From NCBI GenBank assembly GCA_031367385.1, contig JANLPS010000291.1, positions 1 to 21,281 of the forward strand: a DNA stretch of 21,281 nt, written 5' to 3'. The translations under genes and the position numbers were made by a program. Under the pieces are notes generated by a model. The model was given only the letters and a program-made list of their open reading frames with translations. It did no database searches and was not told the origin of the DNA. Shown here in pieces: positions 1 through 8,000 of the stretch; the first letter of the stretch is position 1; each line of letters starts with the position of its first letter. Origin of the DNA: Archangium sp. GTDB taxonomy: Bacteria; Myxococcota; Myxococcia; Myxococcales; Myxococcaceae.

Positions 1-1
1 C

Positions 2-436
2 TGCGCTGGGGCGACGGCGGCGGCTCCGGCACCCGAGGGCGCCGATGCGGCGTTGCTGGTGCGGGGCGACAAGCTCAAGGGCCTGGCCCCGGTGACGCTC
101 GAGACGCTGCTGGCGAACCCGGCCGAATATGACGGCAAAGCGGTGTCGATTACCGCCAAGGTGCGCAAGGCCTGCGAGCGCAAAGGCTGCTGGATGGAGC
201 TTGCCTCGAGCGAGAAGACGCCGGGCGTGCGCGTGACGTTCAAAGACTATGGGTTCTTCGTGCCGCTCGATTCGGCCGGCAAGACGGCGAAGGTCGAAGG
301 CACGGTGAAGGTCGCCGAGCTCTCACCCGAGCGCGCCAAGCACTACGAGTCTGAAGGCGCGAAGGTGGCGAAAGACAAGAGCGGCAAGTACCGCGAGGTG
401 CAGCTGATCGCCGCCGGTGTCGAGCTGCGCAAGTAA
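2..436 (+). CDS. DUF4920-like protein (OB-fold-like, probably exported), 5'-truncated by the window edge
   Basis: The frame of ORF 53..436 stays open back to base 2 (CAGATAAAPAPEGADAALLVRG...). It carries the motifs 'KVRKACERKGCWMEL', 'VRVTFKDYGFFVP' and 'AKHYESE', which I recognise as DUF4920. Confidence 0.85.
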   Translation, partial: CAGATAAAPAPEGADAALLVRGDKLKGLAPVTLETLLANPAEYDGKAVSITAKVRKACERKGCWMELASSEKTPGVRVTFKDYGFFVPLDSAGKTAKVEGTVKVAELSPERAKHYESEGAKVAKDKSGKYREVQLIAAGVELRK

Positions 437-439
437 GAG

Positions 440-949
440 GTGCGCTCGTACTCAATGCGGGGCGTGCAGGGGGCGGCCGACCGGGCGGTGGCGCTGACAC
501 GCGACTACCTGGGGCACGTGGCGCCTGGCTGCATGGTGCACGACGTTCAGAATGACCCCCGGTTTCAACACCGCGGCGTTGACCTGCTCTGGGAGCGGCC
601 AGGACAACCGGTGCTCGGCGTCGAGGTGAAGGGCGACCGGCAGGGCAAGCGGCGCGGCAACTATTTCTTCGAGCTGGTCAGCAACGTCGAGAAAGACTCG
701 CCGGGGTGCTTTCTGTACTCGGTGGCCGATGTGCTGGTGTACGTGTTTCTCGATGCGCGAGAAGTGCACGCGCTCCAGTTGAAGGCGGTGCGTGACTGGT
801 TCGTGCCGCGCGCGAAAGAGTACCCGCTCAAGACCACCCGAACACGAACCGGAGCCGTGCTCTACACGACCGTCGGCGCCATCGTGCCGGTCAAAGAGGT
901 GCACCGTTCGGTGCCCCACGCCGTGTCGGTGTTCAGCCCCTCAAATTGA
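440..949 (+). CDS. PD-(D/E)xK restriction-endonuclease-like protein (phage-type hypothetical family)
   Basis: GTG start 3 nt after the upstream stop; alternative ATG at 455. Motif layout 'HDVQNDPRFQHRGVDLLW...VEVKGD...GNYFFELVSN...PGCFLYSVADVLVY' gives a D...ExK core. Confidence 0.6.
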   Translation: MRSYSMRGVQGAADRAVALTRDYLGHVAPGCMVHDVQNDPRFQHRGVDLLWERPGQPVLGVEVKGDRQGKRRGNYFFELVSNVEKDSPGCFLYSVADVLVYVFLDAREVHALQLKAVRDWFVPRAKEYPLKTTRTRTGAVLYTTVGAIVPVKEVHRSVPHAVSVFSPSN

Positions 950-971
950 AAGGGGACAGGCTGCTTTTCCC
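947..971. repeat. REP-like short palindromic element between convergent genes (TGAAAGGGGACAGGCTGCTTTTCCC)
   Basis: Imperfect stem GAAAGG...CTTTTC around GGACAGGCTG, or alternatively GGGGA...TCCCC. It resembles the 'AAAGGGGACAGGC..CTTTT' interspersed repeats I recall from other GC-rich genomes. Only one full copy is in the window. Confidence 0.4.
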
Positions 972-980
972 CGCTGCTTG

Positions 981-1835
981 CTACTGGTTCGTGACGCGTC
1001 TTCGGGCACCTGTCGTTGGGTCGATGCGAAAGCGCTGGTGCGGGCATTCGTTCGGCGACGCATCTGGCCCCGGCGCCAAGCGTAGTTCGATTTGGAGGCC
1101 GACCTTGGCGTCAGAAACACACCGCTCCAGTGCCCATTCACAATGCGATCGCGGGTCAGCACCATGCGAATGGTTGAGCAGCGATCGCAGCTTGGGCCCC
1201 CGGCGAGCGCCAGCGCCGTTGCTCGCGAGAAGCACAACGCTGCCCTTGCGAAGGTTTCCGATGCCGACGCTCGAGCCCATCACAAACGCGGTAAATTGGA
1301 GATCTGGCGAGAGCAGTCCGTCTCCCATCGACTCCCAGTCTTCTTGCTGGTCGTCGCTGGGGTTGGTGGGGTCGATGCACGCCGGGGCGGAGCATTGCGA
1401 AGCTTCGGCCGAGCAAAGAGACAAGAGCCCTCGCTCGCTGTCGACGAGGAGGCATGTGGTACCAACACATGAGGCCACTGAACGCTCCCAGGTGTGTTGA
1501 GCCACCTGAACGGCTCTCATCGTGGTTTGGTCAATGACAGCAAGTCGGTGTTCGTTGCCCGGGCGGGAGCGGAGAATCAACATCTGCGGCAAGTCGACCG
1601 ACTGGTCAGCGACGACCAGGGTGCCCTCCCGGGTCACCCAGCACTGCGAGACTGGAGGGACGATGCCCTCAACGACTTGGTGTGATTCGCCTGCTCCGCG
1701 AAGCCAGACTTCCCTGTCATTGCAGCAGATTCGTCCGTCGCACGTGACTGACGCACCTGCATCTGGCCGAACCGTCTGGCTGCCATCGGCCAAAAGCAAA
1801 GGCACCGACGCAAAGACCATCAAAAGCACGTTCAT
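981..1835 (-). CDS. Hypothetical secreted Cys-containing protein with a TolB/PD40-like motif
   Basis: ATG at 1835 gives a signal-peptide-like N-terminus (MNVLLMVFASVPLLLA). It has a 'PDAG' linker, many Cys residues and 'GLLSPDLQFTAF', similar to a beta-propeller PD40 repeat. Confidence 0.6.
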   Translation of the reverse strand: MNVLLMVFASVPLLLADGSQTVRPDAGASVTCDGRICCNDREVWLRGAGESHQVVEGIVPPVSQCWVTREGTLVVADQSVDLPQMLILRSRPGNEHRLAVIDQTTMRAVQVAQHTWERSVASCVGTTCLLVDSERGLLSLCSAEASQCSAPACIDPTNPSDDQQEDWESMGDGLLSPDLQFTAFVMGSSVGIGNLRKGSVVLLASNGAGARRGPKLRSLLNHSHGADPRSHCEWALERCVSDAKVGLQIELRLAPGPDASPNECPHQRFRIDPTTGARRRVTNQ

Positions 1836-1936
1836 CGTTTCTTCCGTTCCGTTCAACGACGCGGGCGTCAGGCAGGGCGGCTGTTCGGAGAGAACGAAAT
1901 CGGGCGAGACGACGATGAAAGGACTGCTGTTCCCGA

Positions 1937-2623
1937 CTATTTCGCCGGTGACCAGACGCCGCTCTTGGCCTTCTGGGCGAACGCCAGGTCAACGAACGGA
2001 AAGTGGCTGCGCACCACTTCGGCGATGCGCAGCTTGTTGGCGTCGGTGGTGCCGGGCGCGACGGTGATGATCAGCTTCGGGCCCACGCGCCCGTCGGGCA
2101 GGGTGACTGCGCCGGCGACCGAGGCGCTCTTGAAGGCCGCGATGCCCTTGAGCTCGTCGCCCAGCATGCCGGCGGCGAAGCCCACCTTCATCACCTCGCC
2201 AAAGCGGGCGGTGTAGCTCTTCGCCGGGTCGAACTCGCCCGCCATCTCTTTGGCTCCCATGAACACCACGTTGGTGCCGGGCGTCTGGCTGCTCTGCTCG
2301 AGAATGGCCTCGATGACCGGCAGCGCCGCCTGCTTGCTCTCGGCCGACTCGGTGACGTCATTGATTGCCACCCGCAGGTGAGTGCCCATCGCGGCGGTGC
2401 CTCGCACGCCGTCGAGCGCTTCAATCGGCGACCAAAACGCAGCGTTGGGTATCGCCGGGCTGACCGGCCATGACGCGCCTTGAAAGGTGAACCCCTTCCA
2501 CTTGGCGGCTTCATTCTCGTTCGGGTGCCACTTGGACAAGTCGGTGAGCTGAACAGGCGCGGGCGACGCGGCCTGGGCTCCAGGGGGTATGGCGGGCGGG
2601 CCTGCAACGGGCTCGATGGGCAT
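1937..2623 (-). CDS. Hypothetical protein with a Pro/Ala-rich N-terminus
   Basis: Likely ATG at 2623 (MPIEPVAGPPAIPP...). Codons are GC3-rich and the composition is protein-like. No family recognised. Confidence 0.7.
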   Translation of the reverse strand: MPIEPVAGPPAIPPGAQAASPAPVQLTDLSKWHPNENEAAKWKGFTFQGASWPVSPAIPNAAFWSPIEALDGVRGTAAMGTHLRVAINDVTESAESKQAALPVIEAILEQSSQTPGTNVVFMGAKEMAGEFDPAKSYTARFGEVMKVGFAAGMLGDELKGIAAFKSASVAGAVTLPDGRVGPKLIITVAPGTTDANKLRIAEVVRSHFPFVDLAFAQKAKSGVWSPAK

Positions 2624-2799
2624 AGGGTCGGCATTGTCTTCGATCACTGACCGAAAGGTGCGACGAAGACCGACAAAACGACTCGCTAAAACCGTCACGA
2701 ATTCGCGCAGGTACGAGCGTACCCCGTCAGTCAGATCGGCCAGGTGCCCAATAACACTCGCTCGAAAGCCACCGGGGACCTGTTACTTTCTGACGCCTG

Positions 2800-3147
2800 A
2801 TGGCGATCAAGCCGCGCACGGGGCAAGGGCAAGAAGACGACGGGGGCACCGGCGTCGCAACCGAAACCAAAAAAAAGGAGCAGCTCAAAAAGCCGCCCCT
2901 CTTCAAGGTGCTCTTTCACAACGACAACTACACCACCATGGAGTTCGTGGTCTGGGTGCTCCACACCGTTTTTCACAAGTCGGAGTCTGATTCGTACGCC
3001 ATCATGCTCAACGTTCACAAAAACGGCTTCGGCGTCGCCGGCGTGTTTTCAAAAGAGATCGCCGAGATGAAAATCGAGAAAACGCATTCGCTGGCGAAGG
3101 AACATGAGTTCCCTCTCCGGCTCACGATGGAACCAGAGGAACTCTGA
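2800..3147 (+). CDS. clpS: ATP-dependent Clp protease adaptor ClpS
   Basis: 'PPLFKVLFHNDNYTTMEFVV...IMLNVHKNGFGVAGVF...EFPLRLTME'; directly upstream of clpA. Confidence 0.97.
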   Translation: MAIKPRTGQGQEDDGGTGVATETKKKEQLKKPPLFKVLFHNDNYTTMEFVVWVLHTVFHKSESDSYAIMLNVHKNGFGVAGVFSKEIAEMKIEKTHSLAKEHEFPLRLTMEPEEL

Positions 3148-3149
3148 CC

Positions 3150-5483
3150 GTGGCTTCTCCAATTATCGCCAAAGAACTGCAGGCTTCGATTCGCTTCGCG
3201 TTGAATGAGGCCAAGCGCATGCGCCACGAGTACCTCACGCTCGAGCACTTGCTCCTGGGGCTCTTGCGTGACCCACGCACGCTCGAAGTGCTCAAGGCGG
3301 TCGGCGCCAAGGTCGAGCGCATCAAAGGCAAGCTCGAGAAGTTTCTCGAAGAGACCGTCGAGCGGTTGCCCGACGAGAGCGACGCCGAGCCCCAGCAGAC
3401 TCTGGGCGTCGAGCGGGTGCTCCAGCGCGCTGCCTTTCACGCGCTCTCAGCCGAACAAAAGGTGATGGACAGCAGCGACGTGCTGGTCGCGATTTTTCGC
3501 GAGGCCGATTCACAGGCGCTGTTCTTCATCAAAGAAGAGGGCGTCACCCGCTACGACATCTTGAACTTCGTCTCGCATGGCGTGCGCAAAGACGGCGAGC
3601 CAGGCGACATTCAGCCCGATGACAGCGGAGGCGCGGCGACTGGCGGCGATGATGACGATGCTCCGGGGCCAGCGAAGAACCCGCTCGAGGCCTACTGCAC
3701 CGACTTGAACGCCGAAGCCGCGAAGGGTCACATCGACCCGCTGATCGGCCGCACGATGGAGCTCGAGCGCACCATTCAAGTGCTCTGCCGCCGTCGCAAG
3801 AACAACCCGCTCTACGTGGGCGAAGCGGGCGTGGGCAAGACGGCCATCGCCGAGGGTCTGGCGCTGGCGATTCACGACAAGACCGTGCCCGACGTGCTCA
3901 AGAACGCCCGCGTGTTCTCGCTCGACATGGGCTCGTTGCTCGCCGGCACCAAGTTTCGCGGACAGTTCGAAGAGCGGCTCAAGGCGGTGCTCAAGGCCCT
4001 CGCGCAGCACGACGACGCGATTCTGTTCATCGACGAGATTCACACCATCGTCTGCGCCGGGGCGACCAGCGGCGGCTCGATGGATGCCTCGAACCTGCTC
4101 AAGCCGGCCCTCGCTTCGGGCAAGCTGCGTTGCATCGGGTCGACCACCTACCAAGAATACAAGTCGTCGTTCGAGCGAGACCGCGCGCTGTCACGAAGGT
4201 TTCAGAAAATCGACGTCGCCGAGCCGTCAGTCGAAGACACGGTCAAGATTCTCAAAGGCCTCGCCCCCAAGTACGAAGAGCACCACCACGTGAAGTACGA
4301 CGACGACGCGCTGCACGCCGCGGCCGAGCTGTCGGCGAAGTACGTGAATGAGAAGTACCTGCCTGACAAGGCCATCGACGTGATCGACGAGGCCGGCGCG
4401 GTCGACAAGCTCCGCGCGGTTCGCACCTCGAAGGTCACCCTGGCCGACGTCGAGGCGATCGTGGCGAAGATGGCCCGAATACCCCCCAAGTCGGTGGCGG
4501 TCGACGAGCGCACCGCGCTGCAGAACCTCGAGAAGGAGCTGCACGCGGTCATCTTCGGGCAAGACCGGGCGATCAACGAGTTGGGCGCGGCGATCAAGCT
4601 CTCACGCTCAGGCCTGCGCAGCCCCGAGAAGCCAATCGGCTCGTTTCTCTTCGCCGGCCCCACGGGTGTGGGCAAGACCGAGCTCGCCAAGCAGCTGGCC
4701 CGGGTGTTGGGCGTCGAGTTCTTGCGCTTCGACATGTCTGAATACTCCGAGCGGCACACCGTCTCGCGGTTGATCGGCGCGCCTCCGGGGTACGTCGGGT
4801 TTGATCAAGGCGGTCTGCTCACCGACGCGGTTCGCAAGAACCCGCACTGCGTGGTGCTGCTCGATGAGATTGAGAAGGCGCACCCCGAGCTGTTCAACAT
4901 CTTGCTCCAGGTGATGGACCACGCGACTCTCACCGACAACAACGGTCGCAAAGCCGACTTTCGCAACGTGATTCTGATTCTGACCACCAACGCTGGCGCG
5001 CGCGACATGAAGACCAAGTCGATGGGCTTCGGCGAGAAGCCGATGGTCGATGTGTCGAAGGCGGCGGCGGCGCTCGAGAAGACGTTTTCTCCTGAGTTTC
5101 GCAACCGGCTCGACGCGATCGTTCAGTTCTCGGGGCTCACCAAAGAGATCATTCTCAAGGTGGTCGACAAAGAAGTGCAGGCGCTCCAGAAATTGCTCGA
5201 CGACAAGAAGGTCGAGATTCATCTCTCAGCCTCAGCCCGCGAGTGGATGGCCGAGAAAGGCTACGAGCCAGAGTTTGGTGCGCGCCCGATGGGCCGGCTG
5301 GTCGACAACGCGATGAAGAAACAATTGGCTGAGGCGCTGCTCTTCGGTCAGCTCAAGAATGGTGGCGTGGCGCACTTCGATGCGAAGGCCGACCAGTCAG
5401 GGCTCGAGGTGACGTTCACCGCCGCGCCCGCGAAAGCGACGCCGTCAGACGCAACCCCCGCGCCCGCAGCAGCCTTGGCCTGA
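3150..5483 (+). CDS. clpA: ATP-dependent Clp protease ATP-binding subunit ClpA
   Basis: Clp N-domain (RHEYLTLEHLLL), two AAA+ modules (GEAGVGKT, GPTGVGKT), 'RRRKNNP', 'RFDMSEY', 'GAPPGYVG', an MGF ClpP-docking loop, no ClpB middle domain, and clpS adjacent. Confidence 0.97.
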   Translation: MASPIIAKELQASIRFALNEAKRMRHEYLTLEHLLLGLLRDPRTLEVLKAVGAKVERIKGKLEKFLEETVERLPDESDAEPQQTLGVERVLQRAAFHALSAEQKVMDSSDVLVAIFREADSQALFFIKEEGVTRYDILNFVSHGVRKDGEPGDIQPDDSGGAATGGDDDDAPGPAKNPLEAYCTDLNAEAAKGHIDPLIGRTMELERTIQVLCRRRKNNPLYVGEAGVGKTAIAEGLALAIHDKTVPDVLKNARVFSLDMGSLLAGTKFRGQFEERLKAVLKALAQHDDAILFIDEIHTIVCAGATSGGSMDASNLLKPALASGKLRCIGSTTYQEYKSSFERDRALSRRFQKIDVAEPSVEDTVKILKGLAPKYEEHHHVKYDDDALHAAAELSAKYVNEKYLPDKAIDVIDEAGAVDKLRAVRTSKVTLADVEAIVAKMARIPPKSVAVDERTALQNLEKELHAVIFGQDRAINELGAAIKLSRSGLRSPEKPIGSFLFAGPTGVGKTELAKQLARVLGVEFLRFDMSEYSERHTVSRLIGAPPGYVGFDQGGLLTDAVRKNPHCVVLLDEIEKAHPELFNILLQVMDHATLTDNNGRKADFRNVILILTTNAGARDMKTKSMGFGEKPMVDVSKAAAALEKTFSPEFRNRLDAIVQFSGLTKEIILKVVDKEVQALQKLLDDKKVEIHLSASAREWMAEKGYEPEFGARPMGRLVDNAMKKQLAEALLFGQLKNGGVAHFDAKADQSGLEVTFTAAPAKATPSDATPAPAAALA

Positions 5484-5486
5484 CGG

Positions 5487-6086
5487 TCAGTCACACATCA
5501 GGTCGCTCTTGAGCATGTAGGGTATGCCGGCGACCACGTTCGCGTCGTCATTGCAGCCGTTGAGCCCGGCAGACCCACCGCCGCTCGAGATGAACCACTG
5601 GTCGGTGATGGTATCGGTGTCGATGTTGGCGACCGCCGTCGCGCTGAAGCCGCAGCTGGGGCACGCCCCCGAGACACCCGCCACCGCGGGGGCAAAGCCA
5701 GACAGCGTGGCCGACAACGCCGCCGGCGCCGCCAACGTGCCAGGGTAGCGGGTGGTGTCTTGCGTAATGCAGTCGTAGCCCGCGGTGGGTGTGGTGCCCG
5801 GGCGTGACCACGTCGAGGTGCAGGTGCCCATGCGGTAGAAGTAGCGGTTCGACGCGTCGAAGGCGAAGCCGACCTCGTCGCCGCGGGTGGTGTACTCGTC
5901 GTTGGTCGAGAAGAACGATTTCTCGACCGTGAACATCATCTTGAGCAAGGTCTTGGCCTCGCTCTGTTTGGCGCGCCCTTGAAACCGCGCGAACGCAGGT
6001 ATCGCGATGGCGGCGAGAATGCCGATGATGGCGACGACGATCATCAGCTCAATCAGAGTGAAGCCACGCCTGATTCGCTTGAGCAC
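5487..6086 (-). CDS. pilA: Type IVa major pilin-like protein (Myxococcus PilA type)
   Basis: Class III signal '[25 protein letters not shown]', then 'KQSEAKT', 'GF..NRY.YR', 'CPSCGF' and 'D.MCD', matching the layout of M. xanthus PilA; six Cys residues. Start placed at GTG 6086 (uncertain; the ORF extends to 6161). It may be a paralogue rather than the main pilA. Confidence 0.88.
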   Translation of the reverse strand: MLKRIRRGFTLIELMIVVAIIGILAAIAIPAFARFQGRAKQSEAKTLLKMMFTVEKSFFSTNDEYTTRGDEVGFAFDASNRYFYRMGTCTSTWSRPGTTPTAGYDCITQDTTRYPGTLAAPAALSATLSGFAPAVAGVSGACPSCGFSATAVANIDTDTITDQWFISSGGGSAGLNGCNDDANVVAGIPYMLKSDLMCD

Positions 6087-6131
6087 GAGCGAATTGTCTG
6101 AGATCAGCGGACCTCTCCGCAAGTTGTTGGC

Positions 6132-6150
6132 GGTGACAATGTTCGTCACC
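6132..6150. promoter_or_regulatory. Palindrome GGTGAC-N7-GTCACC in the divergent pilin/kinase intergenic region; candidate regulator binding site
   Basis: Perfect 6-bp inverted arms (6132-6137 and 6145-6150) with a 7-nt spacer, in an 86-bp divergent gap. Confidence 0.4.
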
Positions 6151-6172
6151 CCGACTGACATTTTTCGCGACG

Positions 6173-7261
6173 ATGAAGCTTGTCAGCGGGCCAGCACCCG
6201 GGCAATTGACGCATGTGCGCGCGCCGCTCACCGACGCAGAGCTCGATTCGCGCCTCGCGGTGCTGGGGTTGGTGCGCGATGCGTCGGTTCGCTCTCCGCC
6301 GCCCTCGAAGAACCGAACCGTGGTGTGCAAGGCCGGCCGCAAGCGCGTGCTGGTGAAGATTGCCGACGGTGGAGGCAATGTCGGTGTGCTGCGCGAGGGC
6401 TCAGTGCTCGAACGGGTCGCGCCCTTGGGCCGGTTGCGCGACTCGCCGCTGACCCTGCCCCGGGTCTTCGCCTTCGACCCGGCCCATGGCCTGCTCGCCC
6501 TCGACTGGATTCAGGGGGGCGAGACCCTGCACCACTACCACCGCCGCACCCAGCAGTACCCCAACGGTCTGGCCACGCAAGTAGGCGAAGCGCTTGGGTA
6601 TTTGCACCGCATGAGCCGCGAGGCGCGCTCGAAGTATGCCCTCGCCGACGCCTTTCGCGACGAGTCAGACCTGCTCGAGTGCTTCTTGCGCATGCGCCCC
6701 GATTTCTACTCGCGGCTCTCGCACGTGGGGCTCGAGTTCTTCGCCTCGGTGCAGGCGAACACGCCGGCGATGCGGGGGCTCCAGGCGCTCAGCGAGCAGC
6801 AGCAACGAGACGGCGAGTCGGCGCTGCTGCACGGAGACCTGCGCCAAGCCAACCTGCTGCGGGTGGCCGCGGGGCGAAAAGTCACCATTCACTACCTCGA
6901 CTGGGAGCTCAGCTTCTGGGGCGACCCGGCGCGAGACCTGGGCAGCCTGTTGTCTGACTACGTGTTGGGGTGGTTGGCCCCCGAGCACCGCAGCGAGGTG
7001 CTGCCGCGGCCGACCCTCGAGGCCTTCGCCCACGCGATGCTCAAAGGGTACCAGCGCTCGCGGCAAAATCGCTTCAAGCTCGACGCGGCCTTTCAAGAAC
7101 GCGTCGTGCGGTGGATAGGCGCGGCCCTGCTGATTTCGGTCTACGGCATCTCGCACTACGAACAGGTGCTCGACGAGCGGGCCCACGGCATCGCCCGGCA
7201 CGCCCTCGACATGCTGGCGCGACCTGGCGATTGGCCCGTGACCCTGTGGGGAGCGCTCTGA
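6173..7261 (+). CDS. Aminoglycoside-phosphotransferase/choline-kinase-fold kinase, LanK (LxmK)-like
   Basis: 'VLVK' Lys and 'LREG' Glu, catalytic loop HGDLRQAN (6830), metal-binding DWE (6899) and 'WGDPARDLG'. Followed after 1 nt by a HopA1-like gene. Confidence 0.85.
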   Translation: MKLVSGPAPGQLTHVRAPLTDAELDSRLAVLGLVRDASVRSPPPSKNRTVVCKAGRKRVLVKIADGGGNVGVLREGSVLERVAPLGRLRDSPLTLPRVFAFDPAHGLLALDWIQGGETLHHYHRRTQQYPNGLATQVGEALGYLHRMSREARSKYALADAFRDESDLLECFLRMRPDFYSRLSHVGLEFFASVQANTPAMRGLQALSEQQQRDGESALLHGDLRQANLLRVAAGRKVTIHYLDWELSFWGDPARDLGSLLSDYVLGWLAPEHRSEVLPRPTLEAFAHAMLKGYQRSRQNRFKLDAAFQERVVRWIGAALLISVYGISHYEQVLDERAHGIARHALDMLARPGDWPVTLWGAL

Positions 7262-7262
7262 C

Positions 7263-8000
7263 ATGTCTCCACCCACCACTGACCCACGCGTGCGCTGGTT
7301 TCACGATCGCCGATTCTGTCTGCGCGAGGGTGAGACGCCGACGTTGGCGCGGGCGTCGGGTGATTCGGGCTTCGTGGCGCACCTCTCGAGCAGCACCCAC
7401 GGCGCCACCGGGTGGGACTGGAGCTTCAAGCTCTCGAAGCGCGGCGACGGGTGGAGCTTCGCGCACGACGGCAAGCTGACGGTGTTTCTCGACGAGCCAG
7501 GAGCGTTCGTGCCGAACGACGCCAAGGTCGGCGACATGGTGGCGGTACGGCTGCCGCGCGCGCGAGAGACGCTGCACCCCCATCGGTTCACGGTGCACGG
7601 GGGCCAGGGCGGGCCGGTGCTGGGCCACGCGTTCACCAAGCTCTTCATCCCCGTGACGTTCGAGGCGGCGGCGCTGCTGGTCGAGGCGTTCGCGAGCAAG
7701 TGGGCTGATCAGCTGCGCTTCGGGTTGTCGCTGGCGAATGCGCCGACTGATTTCAAGCGGGCCGACAGCGCGGTGGTCGACGTGGCCCCAGGCGATGAGC
7801 CGGGCATCGTGAAGCTGATCGACGCGTTCTTGCGGCTTCACCCCAAGGCCCTGGTGCCGCGCGGGTTGCCTTTTGGCACCGTGCAGGGGCCGCTGGGGTT
7901 GCCCAAGGCCGAGGGCAAAGGCCGGGGAGATCTCGCCGACGGGTACGGTTGGCGCCGAAGCCTCGAGGGCTCGCAGCAACCCGGCGCGGTACCGCTGTGA
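7263..8000 (+). CDS. HopA1-family / LanY-like protein, divergent and shortened
   Basis: Motif order matches my recollection of HopA1-family proteins: 'G.TGWDWSF', 'GDMVAVRLPR', 'PHRFTVHG', 'PTDFKRADSAVV', 'LGLPKAE', 'GYGWRRS'. It pairs with an APH-like kinase. Confidence 0.65.
   Translation: MSPPTTDPRVRWFHDRRFCLREGETPTLARASGDSGFVAHLSSSTHGATGWDWSFKLSKRGDGWSFAHDGKLTVFLDEPGAFVPNDAKVGDMVAVRLPRARETLHPHRFTVHGGQGGPVLGHAFTKLFIPVTFEAAALLVEAFASKWADQLRFGLSLANAPTDFKRADSAVVDVAPGDEPGIVKLIDAFLRLHPKALVPRGLPFGTVQGPLGLPKAEGKGRGDLADGYGWRRSLEGSQQPGAVPL

Noticed and set aside
5524..5748. Short S/T-containing ORF as a possible lanthipeptide precursor
   Set aside because: It is the antisense frame of the pilin gene, with no leader/core organisation and no independent ribosome-binding site.
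6087..6172. Sigma-54 promoter for the pilin
   Set aside because: I found no convincing TGGCAC-N5-TTGC (-24/-12) match on the minus strand.
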